Shown here: positions 25,285-38,307 of the stretch, piece by piece
Layout: each line of letters begins with the position of its first letter
How positions within the stretch are numbered: position 1 is the stretch's first letter
Assembly: GCF_006345805.1 (NCBI RefSeq)
Contig: NC_042998.1
Coordinates: forward strand, 92,628,001 to 92,692,000
Direction: 5' to 3'
DNA: 64,000 bases
Origin: Octopus sinensis
Lineage: Eukaryota
The notes under the pieces: model-generated
Databases searched by the model: none
What the model was told of the DNA's origin: nothing
Seen by the model: only the letters and a program-made list of their open reading frames with translations
Program-made: the position numbers and the translations under genes

Positions 25285-25600
25285 TAGCGAAGTAAAAAGT
25301 TGACGTATGGCTAAGGCCCTGATAATATTTATAATCTTCTGGTTTCAAACGAGTCTTGATAAAGAGCATGAAGAAATACGAAGACAGGTTATAGAAGATT
25401 CAGCAAACAGGTACAATATGAATAATTTTGTTGCTAAAAATAGATTGGTTCCTCGTGCAGCTTGAACATGTGCGCGGGAAAAACACAAAACACGGCAACA
25501 AAAATCTCTGCTGACGGTTCTCTTCTCTTCTCTCTGGCAATGCGTAGCGGAATAAAGCTTGCTCTTTGCCGAAAATCTAAACTCCATCGTTCAACCCGCC
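25285..25600. mobile_element. LTR-like fragment related to 30746-31240
   Basis: Shares tttagcg...gtatggctaa.gccctg.taatat...aagaaatacgaagaca and atgtgcgcggga...gcggaataaa with the 30746 insertion. Confidence 0.55.
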
Positions 25601-28600
25601 TCACTGAAGAAAATAGCGGGAACAGGCATCCTTAAATAGCTAAGTGTAGGCTCAAAAAGGACCACACTTTCCTGGTTTGGCAAGTAGTCTGATTGGATGA
25701 CTTAAAGCAAACAATCAACACGAATGGGTATGGTCGTGTGACCGCTTGCAGAAAACAATGGTGATGAGCCAAAACGTGGGTACTCAAAGGTAAAGAGCCA
25801 AACTGTGAATATGCTTGCGCCAATATCCTGTTTCAGGACTGGTAATATCTTGTAGACATTTTGGAGCAGCTGCTGATGATGTGGATGATGTCTTCCGCAC
25901 TGGTATAGCAGAGCCGACATTTTTTAAAATCACAACATGGAGGTTTGGTGGTATCTTTCTCCCTCTTGTTTATCAATTATTTAGTAGCCACTTCCTGTTC
26001 CTGGATCGCGAAGGATTTCTGATTCAGGTGTTCTACGGTTTTGAGGAGTACGATACCACCTCTTAGCCACTATTGTTTCCAGGTCTACACCTGTCAGCGT
26101 CCCAGCTATGGGTTAGCTATCATATTTAATGACATTCCATCTGCGCGCGGAGCGAAGAAATACCCTTGGTTGGTGCCAAGGTGCGCAGTAAGTGAGGGAC
26201 CCCCCCCCCAGCTGTTATCACAGCATCCTTCTAGAAGGACGCGGATGTAAAACCTACAGTTTCCGGTGATTATTAGTCATCTTGCTTTGACCTGTCACAA
26301 AGTACTAATCACGGACACTGAGAGATTGGTATTCGTATTGTACAAATGTTTATCACTATAATCCACAGATGTTTCTTTATGATGACCTCATTTATCCTCT
26401 CAACTATTATGCGTCCTCACATTACACGCACGCACACACACACGCACGCACACACGCACACACACACACATACATACACACATGCTTAGTGATTAGGGTG
26501 TTGCACTCGCGATCTCTGCTTGTCAACCCAGAGAGGTAAATTCTTTTACTTTTTCTCTCTCCTTTTTCTGTCTATCTTCTTGCAGTCACTCATAAATGAA
26601 CTTACCTACCTACAAAATGGAGTACAGAACTAAAACTAATCTTTGTACAACTTGAAAAAGCTGTATCGTACTTTAGGTGTTGGTACAAAGTCTCTCTTGG
26701 TTTTACTACGGAATCTTACATATCATTCTTTAACATCTGTTGCGTGTTTACTCGTGAAATAATACAAGAAACAAACTTTTTAAAAATAACAACGAGACTT
26801 TATTCCTACCTTAAATAATACAGCGGACAAAACAAACACATCATGGATTATGGTGGTTGAATAGTTCATCTATCTTTTGGATAATTCTGGTCTGGCTGTC
26901 GTTCGTTAAATGTGCTTCATTATAACGGCAAGAAAATAGCATGACTCGTCTTCATGAAAATCGCTCACCCCTCTGTCATAGATGCTTTGTCAAACCTATA
27001 TATAGACAGAGGTAGATTCCAGTGCAGATTCAGATTCGTTGTTTGAGAACGTAGTACGCATGATGTGATTGGATTTTCGATCCATGTCCCGCGCAATAAT
27101 CGACCAATTAAAGCACAGGATTCAACCAATGTTCCAAACTCATATGATTGGTAAGACGACCAATCATTAAAGATTAACATGGTGAGCTTATAAAAGACTA
27201 GTGGACTCCTGTATGCCATAATAGAAATAGGTCTCGCTATTTTACTCTGGGACCATGAGATTTTCGCGAGAGAAAAACACGAAATACAAATAGTTCAGTA
27301 AAATTTACAATAAGTGTAATAACCAAAGAACGTACAAAAATGAATACAAGGGGGAAAAATAAGAACAACCTTGTCAATAATTAGAGTTCGCAAACACTAA
27401 ATGGTGCAAGAACAAGCAGAAAGGAAAGTTCGTAAAACTGGAAAGATAAATCAATGTAAGACAGTTCAGCATGTAAGTCTTTAGAATTCATAAAGTAATC
27501 AAAAATAGTATGTATGAGCATATCAAACTGGCCAATGGACTTTTCTACCGCTGTTGGTAACATTAGCTGGTGGGGCTATAATAACTGGTGTATGACTAGA
27601 TGTGTCAGAGGTGTGCATAGGATACATAGATGTAGGTATGGGTGGAGAAGTGGGGGTGCTGTTGCTCTGAAACTGAATCAATAAAAGCCTGTTTCACGCG
27701 ATCTATGCTAATAGTTTGATGTTTCCCTTGAATGTCTAAAACCATGAATTTGAGTTTTACCTTTAACACTCGATACAGACCGGTATTAGACTGCTGTAGT
27801 GGGTGCTTGACTACGTCGTTACGTATGAAGACAAGAGTCCATTTATGAATATCCGGTGAAACAAAAAAACTTGATTGATTGTGATCTGGTTACCAACAGG
27901 GGTAATTCCATCATGTATTTTCGCAATCGATGAACATAACCTGCTGGATCGAAATTTCGGTTTGCTGCATTTGTGTCTGTGATCATCTCACCACGAAATA
28001 TAAAGTAATTTCGCCAGTGGAAAACCTAGGTCGTCCTTGACAACCAATCGAAGAGCCAATAAAACAATTGGTAATACTTCTAACTAAACATCTGACTCGG
28101 AATAAGCACTTGCAGTTGCTTTAAATTGACGATGCAAACGCTCTTTCATCTCGTTAGACATGGGTGGTATGTAGTGGTATGGATCTGTCGAGTACCCTGC
28201 AAGTTTAAAAGTTCAACAAAGAGATTTAAATGAAATTGTCGATCTCTATCAGTAGTTATAGCGAGGGGAGCTCCAGAATGTGAAATCTACCCAGTCACAA
28301 GAGCCTTTGCAATCGTGCGAGAGGAAATGTTCTTGATGGGTATGGCTTCAGGCCATCTCGAAAAACGATCTGTATACGTCAACAAATATATATTATCTTG
28401 AACTGGTGGTAAGGGACCCACAATATCTATGTGAATATGTTTAAAACGCGCGTCTGGAGTAGCAAAAGTGGCGTTGAACTTTCTGGCTCGATATACAAGT
28501 GCGTGTCCAATTACGAATGTCTTTTTGCATACAGGGACACACGAAGCGACTGGAAATTAATTTCGCTGTTGCCGAAAAAGCGGGATGAGATAGATTATGA

Positions 28601-29970
28601 AGAACCGAAAAAAAACTGTTCGTTTATGAAACTTAGGAACGTAAGGTCTAGAAAAAACTGGTAGAAACATTACACGAAATAGAAGAATCTGTAGAATGTA
28701 GTGATAGTAGACGGAGGTCTAAAGAAGGTGAATCCAACTATTGAAGATGCTAAAAATTCATTTTGCTGCAAAGCAATGGAATTTGGAGCATGTAAAGCAT
28801 TAATATGTACGCGAGATAAGGTATCAGCTGCAGAATTATCAGTGCCATTGATATACTGAATATCAACAGTGAGTGTAAAATGAAATCCAAATGTCAAATA
28901 TTTTCCTGGTTTCGACTACAGAACAAATTTTCTCTACCACTTGAAGTCGAAGCAGAGATGTCGATTATATCATCAGCAAAGTCTGTAAGCTATTGAATGG
29001 AACTATGTTCCCTTACAGTAGTGAAAATTGCTTGCACATTAGTGGGAAGGCAAGAAAAAAAAGTTGCTGTAATATGTCTTCGTCCAAAGGATCATTCCTT
29101 GCTAAATCACGCATACGTCGAAGTAATTGTGACGGGTGTTTATTCCCTAAAATTTCTTTATGAAGGAGCTGATGAAATCGTTTTTGCTTCGATGTGGCGG
29201 TGCGCCTCAGAATTTCTGTCTTCATATATAAATATGATGGCTGGTGCGCATAAGCTGTGGTGTAGTCATTATCCTTACCACTTAAGGCAGGTGGTAATAC
29301 GGTAACTAACCAGTGAAATTGTCTAGTGTCGGAAGTAATGCTGTTAGCCGCAAAATTAGCTTCAAGCTGAGAAAATCAAATAGCCGGATCTCCTGTGAAT
29401 AGTAGGAAAACAAAGGATACAGGTGCCTGCATTGGGATGGTAGCAAGCATGTCAGAAGGAATGGAAGGAACCGAAGAAGAACTGGCAAATACTCGACTCG
29501 AAATGTCCTGCTGGCAGATTTAACTGCTATTTCAAGCCAAACGATGTGACGCTTTGAAGTCCACAATAGTAGCAGGAGACGGCAATACTTCCAAGGAGGA
29601 ATTTAAATACAGAACTTTTACAGCAGATTTTATACTTTCAATTATTTTGAGTGCGCGAGTCTCCAACGTTCAGGTATTACCGCCTCCTGCTACTGTTGTG
29701 GACTTCAAAGCGTCACTTCGTTTGGCTTGAAATAGCAGTTTCGGCAACAGCGAAATCTCAGGATTTCCAGAAAGTCCGCCCATGGAAAATGTATTTGAAC
29801 TTAACTCTTTATACGGCACTCTATCCTTATGTAAGATGGCTGTCGAGCCAAGTAATCGGTTGATATGCTCGTTCAATGTTCATTTGTTCAGGGTCACCAG
29901 TTTTAGCAGTGTTGGCATAACGTCTCCCTTGGTTTTACTACGGAATCTTGCACACCATTATATAACAACT

Positions 29971-30615
29971 GTTGCGTGTAGTGGCAGCTCGTGTATAGGA
30001 ACTGCAGCATCTCCTATTTCCACTCGGTACTATCGATAACATTCAATATAATGAGTCCTTCTTTCTTTAATTCTTTCTTAATATTTGTATATTATATAAT
30101 CCTTAAGCTTAATGTCAGTAGCCATCCGCTACTTCATGAAAAAGATACAAGAATCCTTGACTAAAACTGTGCGCTTCACAGTTCCAGCGATGCGGTGATT
30201 GGCTGTTGTGCGCATGCTCACATGTCCGAGATAGGAAGCTTCACACAAGGGAGAGAGAGCACTGTGTTTTTTTTTTACTTCGCGTGTGTTGTGCTTAAAA
30301 ACGTATTTATATTCTTCAATGTGATAAAGTGTAGAATTAGATTATTATCCTGCTTCCAGCTTCAGTGTTGCTGCCAGGATTTGAAAAATAGGGCAGATTT
30401 TCCCCACTTATTTTGTGATTTACAGGAGACTTTTGAAAAACAAGGGGGAATTCGCGGCAGTGTTAAGTGAACAAATTAAACTCAGTACTCGGCAGTGGCT
30501 AAAACACGAACCGATCAAGTTTATGTATAAATATTCTTTGTGTATGTTTCTTTCCTTTTACACAATATTAAAACGGCTAAACATTTTCTGAAGCAGCAGC
30601 CCCTCTAATTTTACC
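29971..30615. mobile_element. hAT-like non-autonomous insertion in the Gypsy 5' LTR
   Basis: Begins TAGTGGCAGCTCGTG, the 8-mer gttgcgtg is duplicated on both sides, and it contains the 30137-30594 repeat. Confidence 0.55.
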
Positions 30616-30745
30616 TACGAGAAACTACTTGTTGCGTGTTTACCCGAGGAAATAACACAAGAAAATAACAGCGAGACTGTATTCTTTCGTTAAATAATTC
30701 AGTGGACAAAATAAACACATCATGGATTCTGGTAGTTGTATAGTT

Positions 30746-32030
30746 TTTAGCGTTGTGAAAAAGAGTGTATGGCTAAAGCCCTGGTAATATTATATCTTCG
30801 GGTTTAATAAGAGTCAGTATAAAGAACATCAAGAAATACGAAGACAAGTTAAATTTGACTGCCACATTTATTTCGCCGCTAAAAGAAAATACAGTAACTG
30901 GTATACATGGATTCTTTTGCTAATCAAAATACATAGGATCATGTTAATGTGCGCGGGAATAACACAAAGCATGACGACAAGAAAATCTCCTGACAATTCT
31001 CTCTTCACTGAAGCTGCAAAGCGGAATAAAACTGCTCACAATCCAACGATCCGAACTCGTTCGTGACGACCCACCAAACTGATTCTTTATTAGACACGAG
31101 GCTCCAAAATACAGAGAACGACGATGCAAGTACAGACAAAACGGTACGAGTGGGGACATAAAACATACAACAATGAATGAAAAAATGAGAAACGTACAAA
31201 AATGAGAATGGACGTCCTTGCTTGAGCCCCACTCTCAAGCAATCGCGTTTACTGTTCTTTACAATTCAATTAATGATATCAGTCTGAAATCCATGTTATC
31301 ATAGCTAAGTTTATATCCTCATATTTTACCACTAGGGGCAAATATTTATACTTCACCCTCTCTGGGGTAAAATGTAAAATTTCTCCATGATATTTTTTCA
31401 AAAAAATCAAACTTCTTTGTGTCAACCAAGATGGATTTATCTTTGGACCCAGGTAGCTTCACTCTAATTTCGATTTTAAATCTTTCTATGGTTCTCTCAA
31501 TCGCTTCATTTGATATATACAATATTATATGTTTTTTTCTTTCCATTCAGTGGTCTGCTCTTCTTTCTTTTTCTGCACGCTGGGAGTCTCTCTGTTGCTT
31601 TGCTGTGTTGTGTCGCTTCCTGTCTCTGCTATGTTTGGGGTATTTTCCTCCTCTTTTTGGAAGCTTTCGGGGACGAGTTACCCTTACCTCTTTTGCTGGT
31701 AACTTGGGGGAACTCTCCCTTGGCCTCTGTTGGTTCTACTCCGCTTTTCTCTGACGGGATCTCTTCCTCCATTCTTGGTTCAGGTGTGATTTGGGGGAAT
31801 TCCTTTTCCATGTGCCCCTTCTGACGACCCACCACACTGAGGAATTAGCGGGAATAGCTTCCTCTAAATAGTTGATGTTGGCGCGCTTGGTTAGTCTATC
31901 ACATTAATTGGTGGGCGCCCTGCATAAAGCTAAATGGACGCGACCATCACATGATAAGCTAAAATAGGTACCTAAAAGTAAAGAGGCAAATTGGGATATT
32001 TAAAGGTCAAGAGCGAACATGATTGCTACA
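30746..32030. mobile_element. LTR-type insertion with 4-bp TSD in the Gypsy 5' LTR
   Basis: agtt|TTTAGCG ... GCTACA|agtt; the host LTR resumes at agttcatctatc. Probably carries a further insert at about 31240-31860. Confidence 0.7.
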
Positions 32031-32646
32031 AGTTCATCTATCGTTTGGATAATTCAGTTCAGGCCGTCGTTGGTCGCACGTGCTTCATTATAACGGTAGG
32101 TAAATAACATGACTCGCCTTCATGACAATCGCTAACCCCTCGTGTTATAGACAGAAGTAGGCTCCAGCGCAGATTCAGATTAGCTGTTTGAGAATGTAGT
32201 ACACACAACGTGATTGGATCTTCGACCAATCAAAGTACAGAGCTCAACTAATGTTCCAAACTCACATGATAGGCAAGACGACCAATTATTACAGATCAAC
32301 ACGGTGAGCCTATAAAAGGCTAGTCGACTCCAATATGTTTCAGCATAATAGAAATTGGTCTCGCTACATACCATTGTAATGATAAAATGAAAGCCATAGC
32401 AATTATTATTATTTTTCTTCGGTTCATTTATTCGCTGTATATCATTGTTACATACTTGGTGATCTTCTGACTCAAGAACGACAGCCTTCTCTACCAAATA
32501 TTGCATTCATAAGAGATCACTGCAGCTTCCAGCGATTGGAGACGGGAACTGAACTACTGGACCCGACGTTTGAACTGCATGTTTCAGCAAAATATCTCTA
32601 GTACATTTCCCGTGACTCCGTAGTCTTTAACCTATTAAATTCTGGT

Positions 32647-32780
32647 GGAGGTAAAGAATACGCACACCACCTGTTTTCGGCGTAACCCTAACCCTAACCT
32701 TTATCCTAACCCTAACCCTAAACCCTAACCCCAACCCTGAACCTAACCCTAAACACCAAGTGTGCGTATTCTTTACCTTC
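32647..32780. repeat. (CCCTAA)n-like tract enclosed by 21-bp inverted repeats
   Basis: ggaggtaaagaatacgcacac (32647-32667) / gtgtgcgtattctttaccttc (32760-32780), 20/21 match. Degenerate TAACCC repeats at 32683-32751. Confidence 0.85.
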
Positions 32781-33823
32781 GCCTTAAATCCTGCCGTGAA
32801 GAAATGTATATGCATCCTTTTACTTGCTGTAACAGTCTCTACAAGGCTACAATCCGTGAATCAGTAAGGAAAAAAAAATGCAGTTACTCATCGAAATTCC
32901 GGAGTTCAGCTTCCAGCAGGCGACAATACATGTTCTACCAACGTAAAAAAATAAAAAATTGAAAAATGCGGCCGATAGCGATGCACCTCGCAGAACGACC
33001 AGACTGCATTTCTGCAAGCCTACATCTCCCTTGAACCCACACTTAGAATCTGCACCAACAAATACCTGTCTTGTACAGAAGTACATCGCAGCAGAAACTA
33101 TGGAGACCTGCAAGCGACATTTTCGACAGCCGAGTCCCGAAGTTCAGATCTTTAATTTTCTCCACAATTCTACACGGACCCTTCTGCGAATAGAATCTTA
33201 TAGACTCTCAAAAATCTCTTTCTTGACACATGCTTGATTTTTGTTTCACATGAGAAGCATTGAACACTCCATCTATTCAAATTTGTCGTTCCTTATTTCC
33301 TTCTTTTGTTTACTTTTCATTTCGTTCTGTTAATTATAATTTCCGTCACACAAACTTTTATTTATTTACCCAACAACACAATTATGTTCAATTTTAAAGC
33401 GGCATTCATTCTGCGAAAACGAGTAATTCACGTGCATACATTTCTTTATGATGTCTCATTTTCTCTGGCAGCTTGCATAGCATATTTTTCATGCACACGT
33501 ATCGTACTCTGTTCATTTCGCACGGATTTCGTTACATGTTTTCCCGTAAATATTTGCAATTTTTCGCAGGGTTAATTAATCCTTGCTGCGCTATTCTATA
33601 TCAAAAAAAAAAAGCAATGTTCATACATAAATACATGCATACACGCATGCCTACATCTAGCTATACACATGCACCCTAAAATTCATGCTTTCATTGATTT
33701 GTTTCCGTATCTCTGTCTACTTAGCTCTCTTTTCCCGACTCAGCGCACGTCGGATGTCTTTTTGAATTATGTAACATAGACCATACTTTCTGCGCCCTCG
33801 CTTCCAGATAACTCACACTTACC

Positions 33824-34221
33824 GGATCTTTTCGGTTTGAACGGCAGTTTTTAACATAATTTCTAGGTAACTAAAAAATTTTAAACTTCGTATACTGGTA
33901 GAATGTATTTATAAAACATCTTTTTCTCTTTGCTTTATTGAGAAAATTCTATAGCTTGTAAGATATTCGTTGTTTTTTTTCTTCAATTTCTGCAATTTCA
34001 ACCAATCACTGACGTCTATTGAGGTAAAAACATTCTGTGCCGTATGAATATGTCCCTCGTTTAAGAAACAAATTGGGTTTATTTACATTTGTGAAGAAAA
34101 AAAGATACCCTTCCCCCCACCCCTAACCCTAACCCTAAAACAGAATGAAATGCATAACTATGGGTGACAATTTCATATGACACTGCTTAAAAAAAAACTG
34201 CCGTTCAAACCGAAAAGATCC
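33824..34221. mobile_element. MITE with ~29-bp TIRs and 8-bp TSD (Merlin- or hAT-like)
   Basis: GGATCTTTTCGGTTTGAACGGCAGTTTTT / AAAAACTGCCGTTCAAACCGAAAAGATCC. TSD cacttacc / catttacc. Second copy at 60050-60462. Confidence 0.85.
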
Positions 34222-35450
34222 CATTTACCTCCATGCGACCTCAGTTTGATCACGGTATATATAAAGTTTACCTGTCTCAACACACCAGCATGTGATAATT
34301 GTTCAGCTTAGGGATATTAAAAAAGTAAATAAAATTTAAGGGGGAGATAACTAGTAAAAAAAAAGGCAAGTCAACTTAAATACTGTAGTAAGGTAACATG
34401 GTGAATTACAATTTTCGCACGTGTATAAATTCATAACGCCATGCCAACCACTGAAGAATCTTGTCTCGTGATTCAGCTAATTTGGTGTTATTCTAGGATT
34501 CCTCCAAGATTGATTCATCGTTGAGGATTTCAATTTCAGGAACAGTGGATTGCGGTCCCGATGGTTTTCAACACTCCATTCTGATTAATTCCAATTGCTG
34601 CTCAGAACGAAAGGATGCTACTGAATCACGCGCACGCTCATTCAACATTGCCCCTAAACCGAGACTGCACGAAGCCCAGATTGCAAGTTCTGACACAAGT
34701 GGCATTGTACTCTATTGGGACCCACTGAAATAGGTACCTACTCTCCCGCATACATCGCCTCATTCTCTCTCCTGATACCTGCGATCTCTCTGGCCTTGTG
34801 AACCCTATACACTCGGCATTCACAATTCAGAATATTGTTTAATTGTCGCATAATGCACAAATCTGCAATTTTTTCCTATTGTTGTTATTTTCTTTCTTTC
34901 ATTTTTCGACAAACTCACTAAATGAAAGAGGGATGTACCGAATTGCTTCTTAGATTTTTAACCAAGATTCGAAACCCAGTATTAAGTTTTCTTCAATATT
35001 AACACAAAAAATTTATGCGAGTCAGCTGTTAAACTGTGACTATTTCAAGTCAAACTTGGGTCAAGGCAGATAACAAACGAAAAATCTTTTGTTTAACCCG
35101 ATCTAGGCCAAATTCGGTTCTACAGTTTTTGCTTGGCTACTTGGACAAAAGGGGCACTTTGGTATGAATCGTCAGTGCGTAACTACACAACTTTTACCCT
35201 GTCTACCTGTCAGTCCAGAGAGGTAAATTCTTTTACTTTTTCCCTTTCTTTCTTCCAACCGTCTTCTAGCTGTCACTCCCAGATAAACTTAACTATCTAC
35301 GAAATGGACTACTGGACTAAAACTAATACTTTGTACAACTCGAAGCTGTTTCTTATTTTGTAACGATGAAACAAAGCCGTTACTTTTCTTACTCTAATTT
35401 ATTTGTTACACATACACACACACACACGCACGCACGCACACGCACACACA

Positions 35451-35497
<47 letters not shown>

Positions 35498-35540
35498 TAT
35501 GTAACGATAAGGTTTTTAGTTGAAGTCGAGGGTCACCAAT

Positions 35541-36309
35541 TGTAACGGTTAGGTTTTAATTAGTGTAGTTACCAACGGATAAGATTGATTAGGTACACAA
35601 TAATATGAAATGTCGGGGTCAGCAGTTGAAACGATAATAATTTGTTGTTATAACGGCAAGTTGTAAGATGTGAAAGATGAACAATGCATGAAGTTTTAAG
35701 GAAATGTTTATTCACCGTTACGTTACAATACCTTACCTCGACGGGCAGGTTATGATAAATCCAAAAGCATGCGAAGTTTGTGTTTGTGTTCTCTTCATTG
35801 TTTAGTAGTAATTAGAGAGATAGAATGATGTTGTAAGAGAACAGAATTAGAGCTAGTGAGAGTTGTCGAGTTGTGGGACGTTGTCTCACTGTTGCTGACA
35901 GTAAACTTCAGTTCTCCCTCTGACCAAGGCCCTAGCTGGTCAGTCAGACTTCGTTCTCACTGAGTTATCACTGTAGTGGCTAACTTGTTGAGTCGTCACC
36001 GAAGTGACTGATTTTTGCTTGGGGTGTTCTTGTTTTTATAACTATCCAGAAAGATAGACATATTACTGAGAACAATAGATTTAGTTGGTGGTCTTGTTAT
36101 CTCTAATCTAACTTTTGGTGAAGTAGAAGAGGTTATAAGGGTCAAGTGGTGAAGACATTATTTCGGCCTAGCTAAAGGCAATCTGGCGAATGTAAAACTA
36201 CTGTCACAGAAAAACCATTGTTCTACTGTGGGAAAAGTTCTGTAGCAGTGTTAATTTAAATTTGGATATCGTGGATCGAATCTACTTCATGCATGCAAGA
36301 TCCACTACA
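35541..36309 (-). mobile_element. LTR with adjacent primer-binding site
   Basis: Minus strand ends ...CCGTTACA followed by ATTGGTGACCCTCGAC (35540-35525). Candidate other end TGTAGTGG at 36309 is tentative. Partial copy at 8930-9310. Confidence 0.6.
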
Positions 36310-36534
36310 CATATATACATGTAGGAAGGACAATATCAGAAGAAGTTCTGTTATCATGAGTTAGCACATTAATGATAAGAGTGAAAAGATAGACCCAAGA
36401 AAGGAAAAAAATCAAATACCATCAATTTGCAACATATGAATTATTGGAGCAACTTTGAGACAAGTCGTTGTCTTGCAATATTTAGGAATTATCGTCACAT
36501 CAGATGGGAAAAACACCTAATTCTTTTCTACTCG

Positions 36535-36735
36535 AAGCACAAGGCCCGAAATTCTGGGGGAGGGGGCCAGTCGATTAGATCGACCCCAGTATGCAACTTG
36601 TACTTAATTTATCGACCCCGAAAGGATGAAAGGCAAAGTCGACCTCGGCGGAATTTGAATTCAGAACGTAAAGACAGACGAAATACTGCTAAGCATTTCG
36701 CCCGACGTGCTAACGTTTCTGTCAGCTTGCCACCT
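36535..36735 (-). mobile_element. SINE family A, near full length
   Basis: The reverse complement has A-box and B-box-like motifs (..gacagaaacgttagc; gaattcaaattcc) and the core cctttcatcctttcggggtcgataaattaagtac. Confidence 0.88.
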
Positions 36736-36929
36736 TGGAAAAATACCTAATTAAGTCAATGATTGGCTAGGTCGAAGTTCTGTCTGTGAGATCAAACGTA
36801 TATATTTTCAAGTGGCTGTGTGAATTCAAACATTAAAAAAGAAAAAAAAAAGAGAGAGAGAGAGAGAGATAAAAGAAAGAAAGAAAAAGAAAAAGAAAGA
36901 AAGGAAAACAAGTGTAAAGGCTCATGAAT

Positions 36930-37122
36930 GATGCAGAAGATGTGGTTCCTTGACTGAATACTGAATACATCTTATACAGATAGAATAACAGTGAAGTCCT
37001 GAGACGAATATAAAGCACCAAGAAACTTAAAATAAAGAAGAAGCAACAGGCTAAGTTCATTAAACTTTAAACCTTGAATACTGGAGGGAGAACTACATAA
37101 CCGAAAGGAAGAACCTGGTAAC

Positions 37123-37158
<36 letters not shown>

Positions 37159-37290
37159 CGGTGAAAGGTATAGGCTGATAGACAGACAGACAAAAAGAAT
37201 TTTCGATGAGCTTATCAGTTGGCTACAGAAACTTGCTGTGTGTAGACGTCTGTGATCGTCCAACGCCTCTGAGCATGGCACATTAGGAAT
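36930..37290 (+). pseudogene. RTE-like LINE C-terminal relic
   Basis: Fragments such as NNSEVLRRI..PRNLK, LEG...RKGR and KRIFDELISWL resemble the RTE post-RT region; interrupted by (GA)n. Confidence 0.4.
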
Positions 37291-38013
37291 ACTAGAAGAT
37301 TACACCTAAACACACATATATGATGATTTTTACATTACATTCAATTCGCCATACATTATTCGTATCGTTATCTGTCATCTTATCCTTCACATTTCAGGTA
37401 TAGTGAAGACCCTTTTTTTTTTGTCATAAATAAGTCTGACATCTCTTTGTGCTTTCAACCAACACTTTATTTACGTAGATTGAAGCAATGATAAAGATGG
37501 GTCTTCGTTATATCTGAAATGTGAAAGAAAAGATAATGGATAACGAAACGAATAACGTATGACGTATTGAATGTAATGTAATAAATGATAATATATGTAT
37601 AATTAAATCTCAGAATGAGATTGAAACAGTAATCGCTCGATAATGTAAAGTATAGAAGCCATCTTATCATGGCTAACCACATTGGGGAGGGGGTGTTACT
37701 GTAGCTTTATAGCCCCCAAGAGATCTTCGTCTCTAGCTGGCTCTAGACACAATATCTGTGTCCTTGGAGTATTTGCAAAGGGAGGCCATCCCTTCCTCGC
37801 AAGCCTGAGTGATACGCTCGATAATATATGTGTTTAGTTGTAATCCTCTAAATACATGTGTGTGTGTGTGTGTGTGCGTGCGTGAAAAAAGTTTTTTAGT
37901 TAAAAATTAAGAAGATTAGCCCCAACCCAATGCATGGAAGTTTACATATGCGAGCGCACTCTCTCTCTCACTCTCTCTCTCTCTCTCACTCACTCACTCA
38001 CACTATCTCTCTC

Positions 38014-38046
<33 letters not shown>

Positions 38047-38307
38047 CACAAACTATTTGTGTTCCAAGAATTTTGATCTGAAACTGTGTCGAGATTTTGT
38101 GTCAAAATATTGTTATATTTGGGTAGAGTCTGTGATAGAAGGAAGATAGAAAGTGCGTGTGTGTGTTTGGGAGTAGGGGAGAGATGACGTCATGTCGGCG
38201 AGTGAGAAGAAAAGTTTTGCTCTTTTTTCATGCCGTGAGCGGTAGAGGCTAGACGTGGTGAAGAGAGGTCGTGGCAACACGTGTTAACAATTGAACAATC
38301 TGTCGGC

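Larger units (their letters stand above)
26671..32368 (-). mobile_element. Degenerate Gypsy/Ty3 LTR retrotransposon with nested insertions
   Basis: 3' LTR at about 26671-27240. Integrase at about 27620-28720 (HIHIDIVGPLPP..LLTYTDRFSRWPEAIP; TTTYHPMSN; FIRNDVVKHPLQ..ISIDRVK). RNase H end DIQYINGTDNSAADTLSR. gag at about 29000-29500 (DPAI*FSQLEANF; KTEILRR...LGNKHPSQLLRRMRDLA). PBS TGGTGACCC at 29899-29891. 5' LTR split into 29902-29970, 30622-30745 and 32031-32368 (TGTAGCG start). PR/RT deleted. Confidence 0.88.

Noticed and set aside
25640-26100. Possible non-LTR RT relic
   Set aside because: Only vague motif similarity (no clear YADD); too decayed to call.
32847-33113. Cys-rich ORF resembling a Ginger/KRBA2-type tail
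   Set aside because: The similarity is too short and degenerate.
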